From sequence record PQ478073.1: 64,000 bases of DNA; one strand, 5' to 3'. Made by a program: the position numbers and the translations under genes. This DNA is from a phage. Positions 15,897 through 28,770 of the stretch are shown here, piece by piece. A model generated the notes under the pieces. It searched no databases. It saw only the letters and a program-made list of their open reading frames with translations, and was not told where the DNA came from. How positions within the stretch are numbered: the first letter of the stretch is position 1; each line of letters begins with the position of its first letter.

Positions 15897-18560
15897 ATGG
15901 CAGGAGATCTACTCTCACCTGGCGTTTCCATTTCAGTAACTGATGAAAGTATGAGTACCGCTGCTGCTCCTGGCACTGTACCACTATTTGTAATCGCTAC
16001 TGCTGAAGACAAACTTGTCCCAGGAAGCAGTGCAATAGCTGCGGGAACTACTAAAGCAAACGCTGGAAAACTACAGCTTCTAACATCACAAAAAAGCTCA
16101 CTTGATACCTATGGTACACCAATTTTTCAAATGAATAACGGTTCTGTTGTTCAAGGTGATGAACTAAACGAATATGGCCTACATGCAGTATATTCTTATC
16201 TAGGCATTACTAACCGTGCATATGTAATTCGTGCTGATATCGATCTAGCACAACTAGCACCAAGTGCTGAAGCACCAACTGGCCCAGTATCCAATGGTAC
16301 TTTGTGGTTTGATACCGCACAATCACAAGTAGAAGCGTATGTAGCGAAGAAAGATAGTCCAAGCAGTTTTTATGATTGGCAACTTAAGCCAGTAACTATT
16401 GTAAGTGCTGAAGAAGTTGAAGATGTAAGTCTAGTAGGTTTAAATGTTGATGATTTAGTTCTACGTTACAAACCAAGCAATGGTCAGATGCTAATGTATA
16501 AACGTTCTGCTTCTGGGCTAGTGCAAATGGAAACTTATCTATCACCAATTAACAAAGTTCCAGTTGGCTCAACTGTAGAAAAAGGTAACATTTGGATTCG
16601 TGATGGTTACACCCAAAATGGTTCAAACTATTTTGGTACTCGTTTTGTTATTAAACGTTATGCATCCCTAACTCAAGTTTGGAATATTGTACCAGCATAT
16701 ACTGGTAATTCATTCCAAGAAATTGAAGCGAAAAGTGGTGTACTAAACAATAGTTATATCGCATCTCGTTTTGATGAAGATAGTAAGAGTTTCTCTTTCT
16801 ATATTCAAAGTGCAAAACTAACAACAATTAGTGCTCCTGCTTTGCCACTTGGTGAAACTATTATTGAACAAGCAGGTGCTGATAGTTATATGACTTTTGT
16901 TTATTTGAATAAATCAGTTAAAGTACTAGCAGTTCCACAAGGCGGTGTTATTAATACCCAAACTATCATCAATAATCTAAATGCAAATGCTGAAATTATT
17001 AACGATGGTTTTAAATTTAAACGTGAAACTAATGGTGGTTTAGTTGTTTCCAATACAAAAGGTTACAGTTTCAAAATCACACAAAGTGGTGATGATATTT
17101 TTGCTGAATCTGAACTACAAAAACTAACTGTAGATAGTAACAACTACTCTCTAATTAACGTTAATAACTTCCGTGTTAGTTATTCAGTACCACGTAGTGT
17201 AGCAAAAGAAGGAACTCTCTGGTATGATTTCGGGAACTCCGATAATCTAACTGTAACTATGTATGTTGCTGATGTTGCTAATGATGAATGGGATCTAGTA
17301 CAAGAAGAAAACAAATATGTACAAGTTGATGAACCAGCGGCTGACCGTTTAATTTGGGTTTGTCCTTTGTCTCAAGGCATTGATGGTTATGATTTCTATC
17401 GTAACGTTGATGGTGAATGGGTTAAACTTGACAGTACTGATCAAAGTACACTAAATGGTATGATTTTCCAAGACTTTAATTTCCCAAGCCAAGTTCCTGC
17501 TGCGGCATTGTATCAAAATGGTATGCTTGCAGTTGACCTAGGTAACACTGAAGGTGTTGTTAAGAAAATGGTTAATGGTCAATGGGAAGTTGTTAGTGGT
17601 GTAAGTCTTGATGGTGCTGGCCTATTTGGTCGTGCTGCACAACGTCAACTAGTAGTTGAAGCACTAGCTGCTGTTATTATTGGTAATGATGACATTCGTT
17701 CTGAATTTATTGATTTTAACCTAATTTGTGTACCTGGTTACGTTGAAACACTTGATGAATGTGTAACTTTAAACACTGATCGTAAAGAAACTGCATTTAT
17801 TGTTACTGACGTTCCAGCACGTTTGAATCCAACTGGAAACGGTAGTGCTGTACAACAATGGGCTACTAATGCTAACAATGCACCAAGCAACGGTTCAGTT
17901 GGTCGTACAACTGCTTATGATTATGCTGCTCAGTATATGGGTTGGTGTCTAAGTACTAACGTTGATGGTGAAGAAGTTGCAGTTCCTGGTAGTACTATTG
18001 CAATGCGTACATATGCATACAGTGATAGTGTTAGTTATGTATGGTATCCACCTGCTGGTACAACTCGTGGTGTTGTAACAAACGCTGCAAGTACTGGTTT
18101 TATCAACAGCGAAGGTGAATATCAACCAGTAGTATATAACCAAGGTCAACGTGACGTTATGTATACTAACAACATTAACCCAATTGCAATGCGTCCTAAC
18201 CGTGGTTTGCTTGTTTATGGAGATAAAACTCTATCTGCTAATCAAACTTCTGCACTAAGTCGTGTTAACGTTGCTCGTTTAGTTGTTTATATTCGTCGTC
18301 AACTAGAAATTATTTCCGAACCATTCCTATTCCGTTTGAATACTCCAAGTACTCGTCAGGAATTTAGTGGTGTAGTTAATAGTTTCTTGGCTGAAATTGT
18401 TCAACAACAGGGTCTTTATAACTTCGCAGTAGTTTGTGATGAAAGTAACAATACCGCAGAGCGTATTGACCGTAATGAACTTTGGATGGATATTGCAATC
18501 CAACCAACTAAGAGTATTAACTTCATTTACGTACCAATCCGTATCGAAAAAACTCAATAA
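15897..18560 (+). CDS. tail sheath protein (887 aa)
   Basis: GGAGGA SD; N-terminus LLSPGVSISVTDES and C-terminal block VNVARLVVYIRRQ...FAVVCDESNNTAERIDRNELWMDIAIQPTKSINFIYVPIRI parallel T4 gp18; codon usage less AT-rich than neighbours. Confidence 0.85.
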   Translation: MAGDLLSPGVSISVTDESMSTAAAPGTVPLFVIATAEDKLVPGSSAIAAGTTKANAGKLQLLTSQKSSLDTYGTPIFQMNNGSVVQGDELNEYGLHAVYSYLGITNRAYVIRADIDLAQLAPSAEAPTGPVSNGTLWFDTAQSQVEAYVAKKDSPSSFYDWQLKPVTIVSAEEVEDVSLVGLNVDDLVLRYKPSNGQMLMYKRSASGLVQMETYLSPINKVPVGSTVEKGNIWIRDGYTQNGSNYFGTRFVIKRYASLTQVWNIVPAYTGNSFQEIEAKSGVLNNSYIASRFDEDSKSFSFYIQSAKLTTISAPALPLGETIIEQAGADSYMTFVYLNKSVKVLAVPQGGVINTQTIINNLNANAEIINDGFKFKRETNGGLVVSNTKGYSFKITQSGDDIFAESELQKLTVDSNNYSLINVNNFRVSYSVPRSVAKEGTLWYDFGNSDNLTVTMYVADVANDEWDLVQEENKYVQVDEPAADRLIWVCPLSQGIDGYDFYRNVDGEWVKLDSTDQSTLNGMIFQDFNFPSQVPAAALYQNGMLAVDLGNTEGVVKKMVNGQWEVVSGVSLDGAGLFGRAAQRQLVVEALAAVIIGNDDIRSEFIDFNLICVPGYVETLDECVTLNTDRKETAFIVTDVPARLNPTGNGSAVQQWATNANNAPSNGSVGRTTAYDYAAQYMGWCLSTNVDGEEVAVPGSTIAMRTYAYSDSVSYVWYPPAGTTRGVVTNAASTGFINSEGEYQPVVYNQGQRDVMYTNNINPIAMRPNRGLLVYGDKTLSANQTSALSRVNVARLVVYIRRQLEIISEPFLFRLNTPSTRQEFSGVVNSFLAEIVQQQGLYNFAVVCDESNNTAERIDRNELWMDIAIQPTKSINFIYVPIRIEKTQ

Positions 18561-18567
18561 AATACTA

Positions 18568-18592
18568 AGGGAACCTTTTGGTTCCCTTTTTT
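18568..18592 (+). terminator. rho-independent terminator
   Basis: agggaacc / tttt / ggttccct hairpin followed by ttttttatt. Confidence 0.75.
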
Positions 18593-18955
18593 ATTGTTTA
18601 AAATTAAATACCTTTATATTGATGTTATAAAGGGACATTATGGATATGGAAGAAATACTAAAAAGAACAATACAAGATGTCAGTAAAATAGTTTTAACTC
18701 AGTTAGAATCAATACACATACTAAATATATTTTTAAAAAATTTAGAAGATTGTCGGTATAATTGAAAAATACGAAGTATACACAAATGGAAAATGGTCTA
18801 TATCAGTAAACTATATTGACCACACTAAACGAAAAAGATACTTATATTGTGTTAATATTAATTGGTTCCCTGTTGATGACACTTTAGTTAATTAAAAATA
18901 TACTTCCAGATAGATAAATAATATAAAGATGTCATTCCATAATAGGAGAATATAA

Positions 18956-19642
18956 ATGGCTACAATGCTTGATCGATATGGCGTACCGCTCGCTGGCGGT
19001 GGTCGTATCTCTATGAAACAACCAAAAGCAAAATACAAATTTCGTGTTATTTTCTTTGGTTTTGGTACTAATGATGATGGTAATATGATTACACTAGACA
19101 CCAATACCGTTGGGGCAGTATCTGTATCACATGAAAACGTCACTGTTCATAGTTACAACAGTTCTGCACACTACAAAGGGAAATACACTTGGGATACAAT
19201 TGATGTTGCTTTCCGTGACTCTGTAGGTAATGCTTCTGCTAAAGCACTATACAACCAAATGCGTAAAGAATTTAACTACTACAGTCAAGAATCTCGCATG
19301 ACAGATTCACAATTTAAATTTGAAATGTGGATTCAAGAGCTTGATGGTTCTAATAGTGAAAATACAACAAACTTGTTTGAAGGAACATTGAGTACTTGGG
19401 TATGTCAAGGTTGCTTTATTGAATCCAGCAACTTTGGTGATTGGGATTATTCCTCAAGTGAAGCACAAGTTATTTCAATGACTGTTCAACCAGATGGTTG
19501 TGCTAAATTGGGTCCAAATGGCGAAGCGTTCGGTGATGAAGTTAGTGGCTTCGGTAATCCATCAACTGCTACCTCTATTTCTGGTGCACAAACTAATATT
19601 AGTAGTACTACTCTACCAGATAGTAACTTCTACGAAAATTAA
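18956..19642 (+). CDS. putative tail tube protein, paralogue 1 (228 aa)
   Basis: Immediately downstream of sheath; N-terminus YGVPLAGGGRISMKQPKAKYKFRVIFFGFG shared with next gene. Confidence 0.5.
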   Translation: MATMLDRYGVPLAGGGRISMKQPKAKYKFRVIFFGFGTNDDGNMITLDTNTVGAVSVSHENVTVHSYNSSAHYKGKYTWDTIDVAFRDSVGNASAKALYNQMRKEFNYYSQESRMTDSQFKFEMWIQELDGSNSENTTNLFEGTLSTWVCQGCFIESSNFGDWDYSSSEAQVISMTVQPDGCAKLGPNGEAFGDEVSGFGNPSTATSISGAQTNISSTTLPDSNFYEN

Positions 19643-19662
19643 TTTTATTTAAACTTAATATA

Positions 19663-19691
19663 TAGCCTCGAATCTATTCGGGGCTTTTTTT
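19663..19691 (+). terminator. rho-independent terminator
   Basis: agcctcgaa / tcta / ttcggggct hairpin (one mismatch) followed by ttttttt. Confidence 0.6.
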
Positions 19692-19736
19692 ATGCTAAAT
19701 AAAGTATAATGCCTTATAAAATAAAAAGAGGTTGCT

Positions 19737-20513
19737 ATGGCAAATAACATGATTAATAAATATGGCGTTCCTTTACCATCGGGGCGTAATCGTTCAATGC
19801 TACAACCGAAAGCAAAATACAAGTTTCGTGTTATTGTGTATAATTTCGGTACTGATATAGATGAACGTGATCACATCGCATTAGATGTTGATAAAATTGA
19901 TAGACCTACTGTAACATTTAGTACTCATAAACTATATCAATTTACTACTAATACTTCCTATATAGGTAGTCATGATTGGGAACCAATTACTATATCTATA
20001 CGTGATTCAGTTGGAAATGCATCAGCAAAAGCATTATCACGCCAACTACAAAAACAACTTGACTTTCAACGCAGAATAACTTCAAGAAATGACCAAGATT
20101 ATGGTTCTTATAAATTTGGTTTAGTTATACAGATGTTGAGTGGTCGTAACTCAGATGATACACTAGAAAATCTAGGAAGAGATACACTAGTAGATGCTGC
20201 AACTGCTGCAACAAATAATGCTGGCTTAGTAAATGCAGTAGATCAATTTATTGGTGGTTCTTCTTATAACAGTGCTGGTGTTATGGAATACTTTGTTTTA
20301 ACCGGATGTGTTATTCAAAACATATCATACGATTCATTAGACTATAGTTCAAGTTCTCCAGTTGAAATGGTAGTGACTATCAAACCAGATAATTGTATAC
20401 AATTTGATAACATTGAAGAAATGTATAGTACCAGAATTAATTCACTTTTACCTGAAAATGTCAATCAAGGTTTAGATATCATTGATCGTGTTTTTGGTAG
20501 TGTAGGATTTTAA
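19737..20513 (+). CDS. putative tail tube protein, paralogue 2 (258 aa)
   Basis: N-terminus YGVPLPSGRNRSMLQPKAKYKFRVIVYNFG; C-terminal motif VEMVVTIKPDNC similar to paralogue 1 ISMTVQPDGC. Confidence 0.5.
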   Translation: MANNMINKYGVPLPSGRNRSMLQPKAKYKFRVIVYNFGTDIDERDHIALDVDKIDRPTVTFSTHKLYQFTTNTSYIGSHDWEPITISIRDSVGNASAKALSRQLQKQLDFQRRITSRNDQDYGSYKFGLVIQMLSGRNSDDTLENLGRDTLVDAATAATNNAGLVNAVDQFIGGSSYNSAGVMEYFVLTGCVIQNISYDSLDYSSSSPVEMVVTIKPDNCIQFDNIEEMYSTRINSLLPENVNQGLDIIDRVFGSVGF

Positions 20514-20524
20514 GGAGATAATGA

Positions 20525-22632
<2,108 letters not shown>

Positions 22633-22659
22633 CTTAAACGACCTTATGGAGTTATTAAA

Positions 22660-23196
22660 ATGAATAGATTACAACAAATCCTAACTGAAAAAAAACCAGT
22701 TTATGAATACCGAGTTAAGTTTGCAGTTGAACCATCACCGGAACAACTTAGTAAAGTAACACAGCGACTAATGGACCGCTATGATGCATTTGAAATTGGT
22801 GCACTTAAGAAAACAATTTTTATGGAAAAACCATTAGATTTCTATGAATTAGATTGTGGTGAAATTTGGATGTTTGATTTTAAATGTCATCGTGGTGTTC
22901 AATCAAACGTACTAATGTATGAAATCGGTAATTTACTAAGTATGACCGAAGCACTGATTCGTGTACGCAGTAAAGATGAACCTCGTCAAATTGAAATGAC
23001 TGACCTAGAAGATGATATCGATTTTGATGATGTTGATGAGCCAATTATTGGTGTAGATTTTGGTAAACCAGAAGACAGTTATGATTTAGCTGGTCAACAA
23101 CGTGCTGAAACAGCAGTTGATGATGCAATTGAAGCATCTAAAAAAGACAATAAATACTCTCAATATATGAGTGCTGGTTTTGGTAAAAAGGATTAA
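22660..23196 (+). CDS. hypothetical protein (178 aa)
   Basis: ORF track. Confidence 0.5.
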   Translation: MNRLQQILTEKKPVYEYRVKFAVEPSPEQLSKVTQRLMDRYDAFEIGALKKTIFMEKPLDFYELDCGEIWMFDFKCHRGVQSNVLMYEIGNLLSMTEALIRVRSKDEPRQIEMTDLEDDIDFDDVDEPIIGVDFGKPEDSYDLAGQQRAETAVDDAIEASKKDNKYSQYMSAGFGKKD

Positions 23197-23199
23197 CAC

Positions 23200-23742
23200 A
23201 TGAGTATACTTAATGAAATGTTAGATTATGAAGACAATGAGTTAAATGAAGCTCGTCCTTATAGTCGTTCACAAAGTGCAGTTGATAGTGCAAAAGGAAA
23301 AGTAAAAGGCTTTTTTGGTAGTGGACAGATAGAACAAGGTGCACAAGAGGTTGGTGCTGAAGCTAACCGATTGTGGGCCGAGTTTAAACGATATGTTGGA
23401 CGTAAATATGGTAAAGCTCAACCATCAGTACCTTACGCTGATGTGGCACAGTTTTTTAAAGGTAACAATCTTGATATTAAACATTTAGGGAACAATCCTC
23501 GTCGTTCTTTTACACCAAAAGATGTAGGTAGTGCTCTATTAAATGCGGCTCGTGATTTAATGAATGATTACCGTGACCAACAAGGCGGCGAAGAAAGTTC
23601 AGAATCACAACCATCACAATCGACCTCAACTGAGCAACCAGCACAACAAGAACAACCAAAAGCACAAGGTTCCAGTATCCCTGATGCTCTACAAAAATTA
23701 AGTCCAGAGCAACGCGACCAACTGTTACGTATGCTTTCTTAA
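23200..23742 (+). CDS. hypothetical protein (180 aa), Q/E/S-rich low-complexity C-terminus
   Basis: ORF track. Confidence 0.5.
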   Translation: MSILNEMLDYEDNELNEARPYSRSQSAVDSAKGKVKGFFGSGQIEQGAQEVGAEANRLWAEFKRYVGRKYGKAQPSVPYADVAQFFKGNNLDIKHLGNNPRRSFTPKDVGSALLNAARDLMNDYRDQQGGEESSESQPSQSTSTEQPAQQEQPKAQGSSIPDALQKLSPEQRDQLLRMLS

Positions 23743-23755
23743 GGAGAATCAACAC

Positions 23756-25273
23756 ATGGATAATTTTTTCAGTACTGAAACTACCACAGTTCCTAATGGA
23801 TATGTATATACGTCACATACTGGTGCAAAATATGTATTTCTTGAAGGATTCTGGTTCAATGACAATAATATGTTAATGGTAGACCCTAGAAAATACCCAT
23901 CCATGTACGCAAGTGCTCGACAACAGATTGTCGAGCACAATCTAGCTTCAAATGAATATAAGATTGGTAACAAATATATTGTTGAAGGTAAAGAGTGTAC
24001 ATTTATTGGTGAAAACCGTTTCAATTCAAAAGATGGAATTCTATTAACTGAAAGTGAATTCATCACTGAATTAATGGCAGATGATCATCGAGTATATAAT
24101 GTTTCTAAAGAAACACTACAAAAAGAATGGAATGCATTAAAATTTTACATTCTTCCACCATATGCTGATGATATATCAATTCCAGCAGGTATGGAAGTAA
24201 GTGGATTTAAATTTGTGCCAAAGAATCACCGTTTTGTTGATATGAAATCAGGACGAGCAGTTGATCCAGCAATGACCCGTAAACTATCAGATGAAGGTAT
24301 GCGTATTGCTCGTCAGTTAGCTTCTAAAAATAAACTAATTCCAATCAAATCAACCTTAGTTCAAGGAAATACACGTTGTGAGTGGAATGGTAAAGAATTT
24401 TGTGATAATGATGGTAATGTAGTAATTCCAGAACAAAATGCACATGCAATTATTAATGCATATCAGCAATTTGTTAAGAATAACCCAAGTGATTTTCCAA
24501 CATTAACGGGTGAACAAGAACATAGTGAGCAACGTTTTGGTTCAGGTGAAAAGCCACAACAAGCTTCACAACCTGCTAAACAGCCAGTATTTGCAACTAA
24601 AGAATCAATTAATGAAGCAGATGAAGAAATTGAAGAATTTGAAAGTATTACTGTTCCTGACGGTTATAGAATGACTTCTTCTAAAGGAAAAACATACGCT
24701 AAGAAAAATAACTTGTGGTATGATATCGAAAGTAAAAAGCAACTTAACACAAGTGCTTCTAAAAGTGTTGAACGAGCAGCACAGCGTGATATTTTCCGTC
24801 ATAACAATTCCGGTGCTATGAAAATCGGTACAAAAGTTAAATCCAAACAAGGCAAAGAATATTCGTATGTTGGTGGTGACAGATTCATTAGTGCTGATGG
24901 TAAGTTTATACCAAAAGCAACTGCTGCTAAATTACTTGCCAAATATGAACAAGATAAAGAAGTTAAAAGTGATGAAACACCGGAAGTAGACTCTGGTACT
25001 GAGCAAATTCAATCAAAAGAAGAACCTAAGAAAGAACCAGAATCTGAACAAAAACCAGACGAAGTTCCTGAACCAGAAACTAAATCTGAAACAATTGCTG
25101 GTGATGATGTACAATCATTAGCTTCTAAAATTAAAGAGTCACCTTATGCTAAAAAAATCACAGTACTACTAACTCGTGGTGATGAGGTTTCTCTACTTGC
25201 TGCTGACATTTTACTTTCAGGTAAAAAGGATGAAACAGTGCAAATTTTAAAATCATTAAATAATAATGATTGA
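23756..25273 (+). CDS. hypothetical protein (505 aa), K/E-rich low-complexity C-terminal third
   Basis: ORF track; aaggagaa SD. Confidence 0.55.
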   Translation: MDNFFSTETTTVPNGYVYTSHTGAKYVFLEGFWFNDNNMLMVDPRKYPSMYASARQQIVEHNLASNEYKIGNKYIVEGKECTFIGENRFNSKDGILLTESEFITELMADDHRVYNVSKETLQKEWNALKFYILPPYADDISIPAGMEVSGFKFVPKNHRFVDMKSGRAVDPAMTRKLSDEGMRIARQLASKNKLIPIKSTLVQGNTRCEWNGKEFCDNDGNVVIPEQNAHAIINAYQQFVKNNPSDFPTLTGEQEHSEQRFGSGEKPQQASQPAKQPVFATKESINEADEEIEEFESITVPDGYRMTSSKGKTYAKKNNLWYDIESKKQLNTSASKSVERAAQRDIFRHNNSGAMKIGTKVKSKQGKEYSYVGGDRFISADGKFIPKATAAKLLAKYEQDKEVKSDETPEVDSGTEQIQSKEEPKKEPESEQKPDEVPEPETKSETIAGDDVQSLASKIKESPYAKKITVLLTRGDEVSLLAADILLSGKKDETVQILKSLNNND

Positions 25274-25295
25274 TAACTAAAAGGATTTATTTAAA

Positions 25296-26276
25296 ATGGC
25301 TAAAAAAATTAATGAAGCACAAGTTAAAATCGATATCGCAGGTTTAGAATCTGATGATTTGGAAACACTATCACGTATGTTAGCACTTGCTGGTCAAGCT
25401 GAACGTCAAGACCCAGTTGTTGCTGCTCCAGTACCATCAATGGGGTCTATGACTCCATCTCTTCCACCTATTGCTCCACTAGATCTAGATTCTATTGGTG
25501 CTGAAGAAGAAATTGGTGGAATTGAAACTTCAGTTGAAGACCCACTAGCAGCGGCAGTTGATGATCTTTCCGCTGATGTTGGTGATTTTGGTGCTGACTC
25601 AGATGAAGTTAGTATGGATGCTGAATTTTCAGAACCAGGTGTAGAAGGTGAAGAAGATTTTTCTCTTGACCTTAGTGGTCAACCTCAACTAGAATCAGTT
25701 GAAGAAGACGATGAGGAAGAAGAAGAAATTATTGAAGAAGAATTCGATTTTAGTCGTATGCTATCCCTTGCTGGTATTAACGAAGAAGAAGACGAAGATT
25801 TTTCCGTAGAGGGTAATCCTGCTACCGATAAAGAAATGAAAGATACCCAATTTCTACCAGATCTAAGTATCTCTGAAGATGAAGAACCATCTAACAGTAC
25901 TGATTATGGTCCATATGAAACAGAAGCTGATGCCGTTCGTGATGGTCAACTAAAGACTAATGGTGTTGAAGGTGACCATTTTGTTGTAATTGCAAAAGGC
26001 AATCAATTTTATTGGAGACGTGTTGTAGATGAAGATCTTGACAATCGTCCAGAACCTGAGTATTATGATAATGAAGGGAACGAAAATCGTGTTCATAAAT
26101 TTGAACCAAAATTCCCAGGCACTGCATTAGGAGATAACCCACTAAATGTTAATGAAAGTGAAGAAGATGATTCACCTGAAGGTAACATTGACTTGGAAGA
26201 TGATTCTGATGAAGAAGTAGAAGATATTTTTGAAAGTCTCCAAGAAAAATACAAGAAATTTTTAGGAGACAAATAA
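25296..26276 (+). CDS. highly acidic protein (326 aa)
   Basis: ORF track; long D/E runs (EEDDEEEEEIIEEEFDF). Confidence 0.55.
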   Translation: MAKKINEAQVKIDIAGLESDDLETLSRMLALAGQAERQDPVVAAPVPSMGSMTPSLPPIAPLDLDSIGAEEEIGGIETSVEDPLAAAVDDLSADVGDFGADSDEVSMDAEFSEPGVEGEEDFSLDLSGQPQLESVEEDDEEEEEIIEEEFDFSRMLSLAGINEEEDEDFSVEGNPATDKEMKDTQFLPDLSISEDEEPSNSTDYGPYETEADAVRDGQLKTNGVEGDHFVVIAKGNQFYWRRVVDEDLDNRPEPEYYDNEGNENRVHKFEPKFPGTALGDNPLNVNESEEDDSPEGNIDLEDDSDEEVEDIFESLQEKYKKFLGDK

Positions 26277-26277
26277 T

Positions 26278-26673
26278 ATGCAATATAATTATCGTGAACT
26301 AGTTGAAGCGTTAGACGAAATTACCGGAAGAGATGAAGACGAAAGTTTTTCAGTTGAAGTTGAATCCGATGTTGTAGCAGTTGATGTTCTTAAGGATATT
26401 ACCAAATGTCTTATTAACATTGTTGATAAGATTAAATCTGGTGAAGACCAAAAAGAAATTGTAGATAAACTACAAAAAGCCTGTGACATTTTGTCTGATA
26501 TTCGATATAATGATGAAAGTACTGAAGTTGCTGATGATGAAGTGTTGGAAGCCATTGCAGGTTGTTTTGGTACTGAAGGTATGGGACCAACAATTGACAA
26601 AGAAGGTGTACAACACTATAATGAACCTGGTGCACCATCTTATGCTGCACGTCAAGGTTTTGTTGGAGACTAA
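26278..26673 (+). CDS. hypothetical protein (131 aa), acidic
   Basis: ORF track; start overlaps upstream stop. Confidence 0.5.
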   Translation: MQYNYRELVEALDEITGRDEDESFSVEVESDVVAVDVLKDITKCLINIVDKIKSGEDQKEIVDKLQKACDILSDIRYNDESTEVADDEVLEAIAGCFGTEGMGPTIDKEGVQHYNEPGAPSYAARQGFVGD

Positions 26674-26676
26674 TAT

Positions 26677-27057
26677 ATGTTTCCAGAACCATCACATAAC
26701 AGTACTGAATATCAAAATAATGTACTTTCCAAAGTTAGGGAAGTACATGAATCAGATTCAGAAATAACAGACCGTATGCTTCTGATGTCAATTTTTGAAA
26801 ATTTCAGAACTGGCGGTGGTTTACGTCTTAGTAAGTTTGGATATGGAATTTGTAAAGAAAATAATCTTTATGAATTTACAAAAATCCCCTTGCAAAGAGA
26901 ATTTAAAAGTTCTATAATGTTTACATCACTTGACAGAATATGTACTTCACCTTACTATGTTGAAGGTCAGTACATATATCTGACAGATGCAATGATAATA
27001 ACTGAATTAACATTGTGTTGTGATGATTTTAAACAGTTATTTTCTATTCATATGTAA
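26677..27057 (+). CDS. hypothetical protein (126 aa)
   Basis: ORF track. Confidence 0.5.
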   Translation: MFPEPSHNSTEYQNNVLSKVREVHESDSEITDRMLLMSIFENFRTGGGLRLSKFGYGICKENNLYEFTKIPLQREFKSSIMFTSLDRICTSPYYVEGQYIYLTDAMIITELTLCCDDFKQLFSIHM

Positions 27058-27080
27058 GAAAAATGAGTTAAAAATAAATG

Positions 27081-27108
27081 TTGACAAGATAGAATGATGT
27101 GATATAAT
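27081..27108 (+). promoter_or_regulatory. sigma70-like consensus promoter (class B), upstream copy
   Basis: TTGACA 27081-27086, 16-nt spacer, TG-extended TATAAT 27103-27108. Confidence 0.65.
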
Positions 27109-27173
27109 AAGCATCAGACATAAAGTTTTCAAGCGTCACAAGATGTGAGTTTGAAAAAAAGAAAAAAAAGTGA

Positions 27174-27201
27174 TTGACAAGTTGAAACGATGTGATATAA
27201 T
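27174..27201 (+). promoter_or_regulatory. sigma70-like consensus promoter (class B), downstream copy
   Basis: TTGACA 27174-27179, 16-nt spacer, TG-extended TATAAT 27196-27201; core TTGACAAG...GATGTGATATAATG nearly identical to upstream copy. Confidence 0.65.
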
Positions 27202-27262
27202 GTTCACATCAAGACAGCAAAGAGATTTACCTTTTAAACACACGGATGATTCATGAAGTAAC

Positions 27263-27303
27263 AAAGGAACTGATAAGTTAAATTATTTTAACACAGTTCC
27301 TTT
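27263..27303 (+). promoter_or_regulatory. 5'-leader hairpin upstream of MoxR-like gene
   Basis: 10-bp perfect inverted repeat aaaggaactg ... cagttccttt with 21-nt loop. Confidence 0.45.
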
Positions 27304-27370
27304 ACTTTTGCCCACGGATTGGCTATAATAGAAACTTAAACGATTTTATCCAACAAAAGGAAATATATAC

Positions 27371-28696
27371 ATGACTACTCAAAACGATATCCTGAACGTT
27401 AAACTGACTCCAAAGAAAGCTAAAGAAGCAATGGCACTAGCTGACATGATTCAAGATAGCCTGATGATTTGGGGTAGCCCAGGTATCGGTAAGTCTGCAA
27501 TCGCTCGTCAATACGCTGATGAAAATTACCCACTGCGTAAAGATAACGTAGCTAAAATCGAGTTCATGAAACAACAAATCGAAGCTGACCCTGAAAATGC
27601 TGATCAGCTACGCCGTGAACTGGTTGCATTTGAAGCAAAACTAATCGACCAAGATACTAACTTTATCGATTTCCGTTTGTCTCAAATCGAACCAAGTGAC
27701 CTTCGCGGTATCCCTGTACCAGAGAAGCTTTTCCGTAAAACTGACGGTTCTCTTCTCAAAGAATCTGAGCTTGCTGAAGCAAAAGATTATGTGGCTGAAA
27801 CTGCTGTAGTATGGGCTGCACCTAAAGTACTGAAATTGTCCGAAGATTGGAAAGGTGTTATTCTGTTTGACGAAATTAACTCTGCAATGCCTATTGTTCA
27901 GGCAGCGTCTTATCAGCTAATCCTCGACCGTTGTGTTGGTGAGATGAAGCTACCTAAGACTGCACTGATTCTTGCAGCAGGTAACCGTGAAACTGATGGC
28001 GGTGTAACGTTCTCTCTTGCTACACCACTGCGTGACCGTATGACTCACATTGAGATGATTCCTTATCATCAAGATTGGATTAACGATTATGCGATTGCAA
28101 AACGTTTGAACCCAGCAACTGTTGCGTTCATCAACAACACTGGTTCTAAGTACTTTAACACACTTAGCCCACAAGATCCTTCTCACAGCGGTGGTACTTC
28201 TCCACGTTCATGGGAAGCAGTAGCACGCTACGAAGATCTCAAGAAAAATAAGACAATTGATAAAGAAGTGTTCCGTGCAATGATTGCTGGTCGTGTTGGT
28301 GAAGGTGTTGCGACTGAATACATTGAGTACGTTGAGAACGTTGCTAAACTACCAGATACTATGTCTATTCTGTCTGGTGAAATCAAAGAAATCGACGCAA
28401 CGCTGGATATTTCTGCGAACTACTTTATCACTCTGAACTTGGTTTATAAAATTATCGACCTGTTCAATGAGAAGCAAGAACAACGTCTACCAGTGGAAGA
28501 ATGGGGTAAACTGTGTAACAACTTCATCACCTTCCTAGACCATAACTTCTCTGCAACTCAAGCAGAACTGGCAGTACTGGCAATTCGTACCATCACGCTT
28601 CATAAGGTTGCGATTTCCATTAAAGATGTACCAGCGTTTAAAGATTTCATCGCTAAGTACTCTGAACTTGTACGTAAAGCACGCTCTCTTGGCTAA
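27371..28696 (+). CDS. MoxR-like AAA+ ATPase (441 aa)
   Basis: Walker A GSPGIGKS, Walker B VILFDEIN, ILAAGNRE sensor-1-like, SPRSWEAV sensor-2-like; aaggaaa SD; G/C-richer codon usage than neighbours. Confidence 0.75.
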   Translation: MTTQNDILNVKLTPKKAKEAMALADMIQDSLMIWGSPGIGKSAIARQYADENYPLRKDNVAKIEFMKQQIEADPENADQLRRELVAFEAKLIDQDTNFIDFRLSQIEPSDLRGIPVPEKLFRKTDGSLLKESELAEAKDYVAETAVVWAAPKVLKLSEDWKGVILFDEINSAMPIVQAASYQLILDRCVGEMKLPKTALILAAGNRETDGGVTFSLATPLRDRMTHIEMIPYHQDWINDYAIAKRLNPATVAFINNTGSKYFNTLSPQDPSHSGGTSPRSWEAVARYEDLKKNKTIDKEVFRAMIAGRVGEGVATEYIEYVENVAKLPDTMSILSGEIKEIDATLDISANYFITLNLVYKIIDLFNEKQEQRLPVEEWGKLCNNFITFLDHNFSATQAELAVLAIRTITLHKVAISIKDVPAFKDFIAKYSELVRKARSLG

Positions 28697-28717
28697 TTAA
28701 CAAAGAGTTGTTGACAA

Positions 28718-28750
28718 GAAGGATGCCTAATGGTATCCTTCTTTTATCTT
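28718..28750 (+). terminator. terminator-like hairpin overlapping a TTGACA -35-like hexamer
   Basis: gaaggat / 10-nt loop / atccttc followed by ttttatctt; TTGACA at 28711-28716. Confidence 0.5.
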
Positions 28751-28770
28751 AACTAAACGAGGAAATATAC

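Noticed and set aside
15841-18955. T4-type late promoter (TATAAATA) upstream of sheath and tube genes
   Set aside because: The only TATAAAT-like string (18944-18951) overlaps the SD/start of the tube gene; no consistent late-promoter motif at the expected distance
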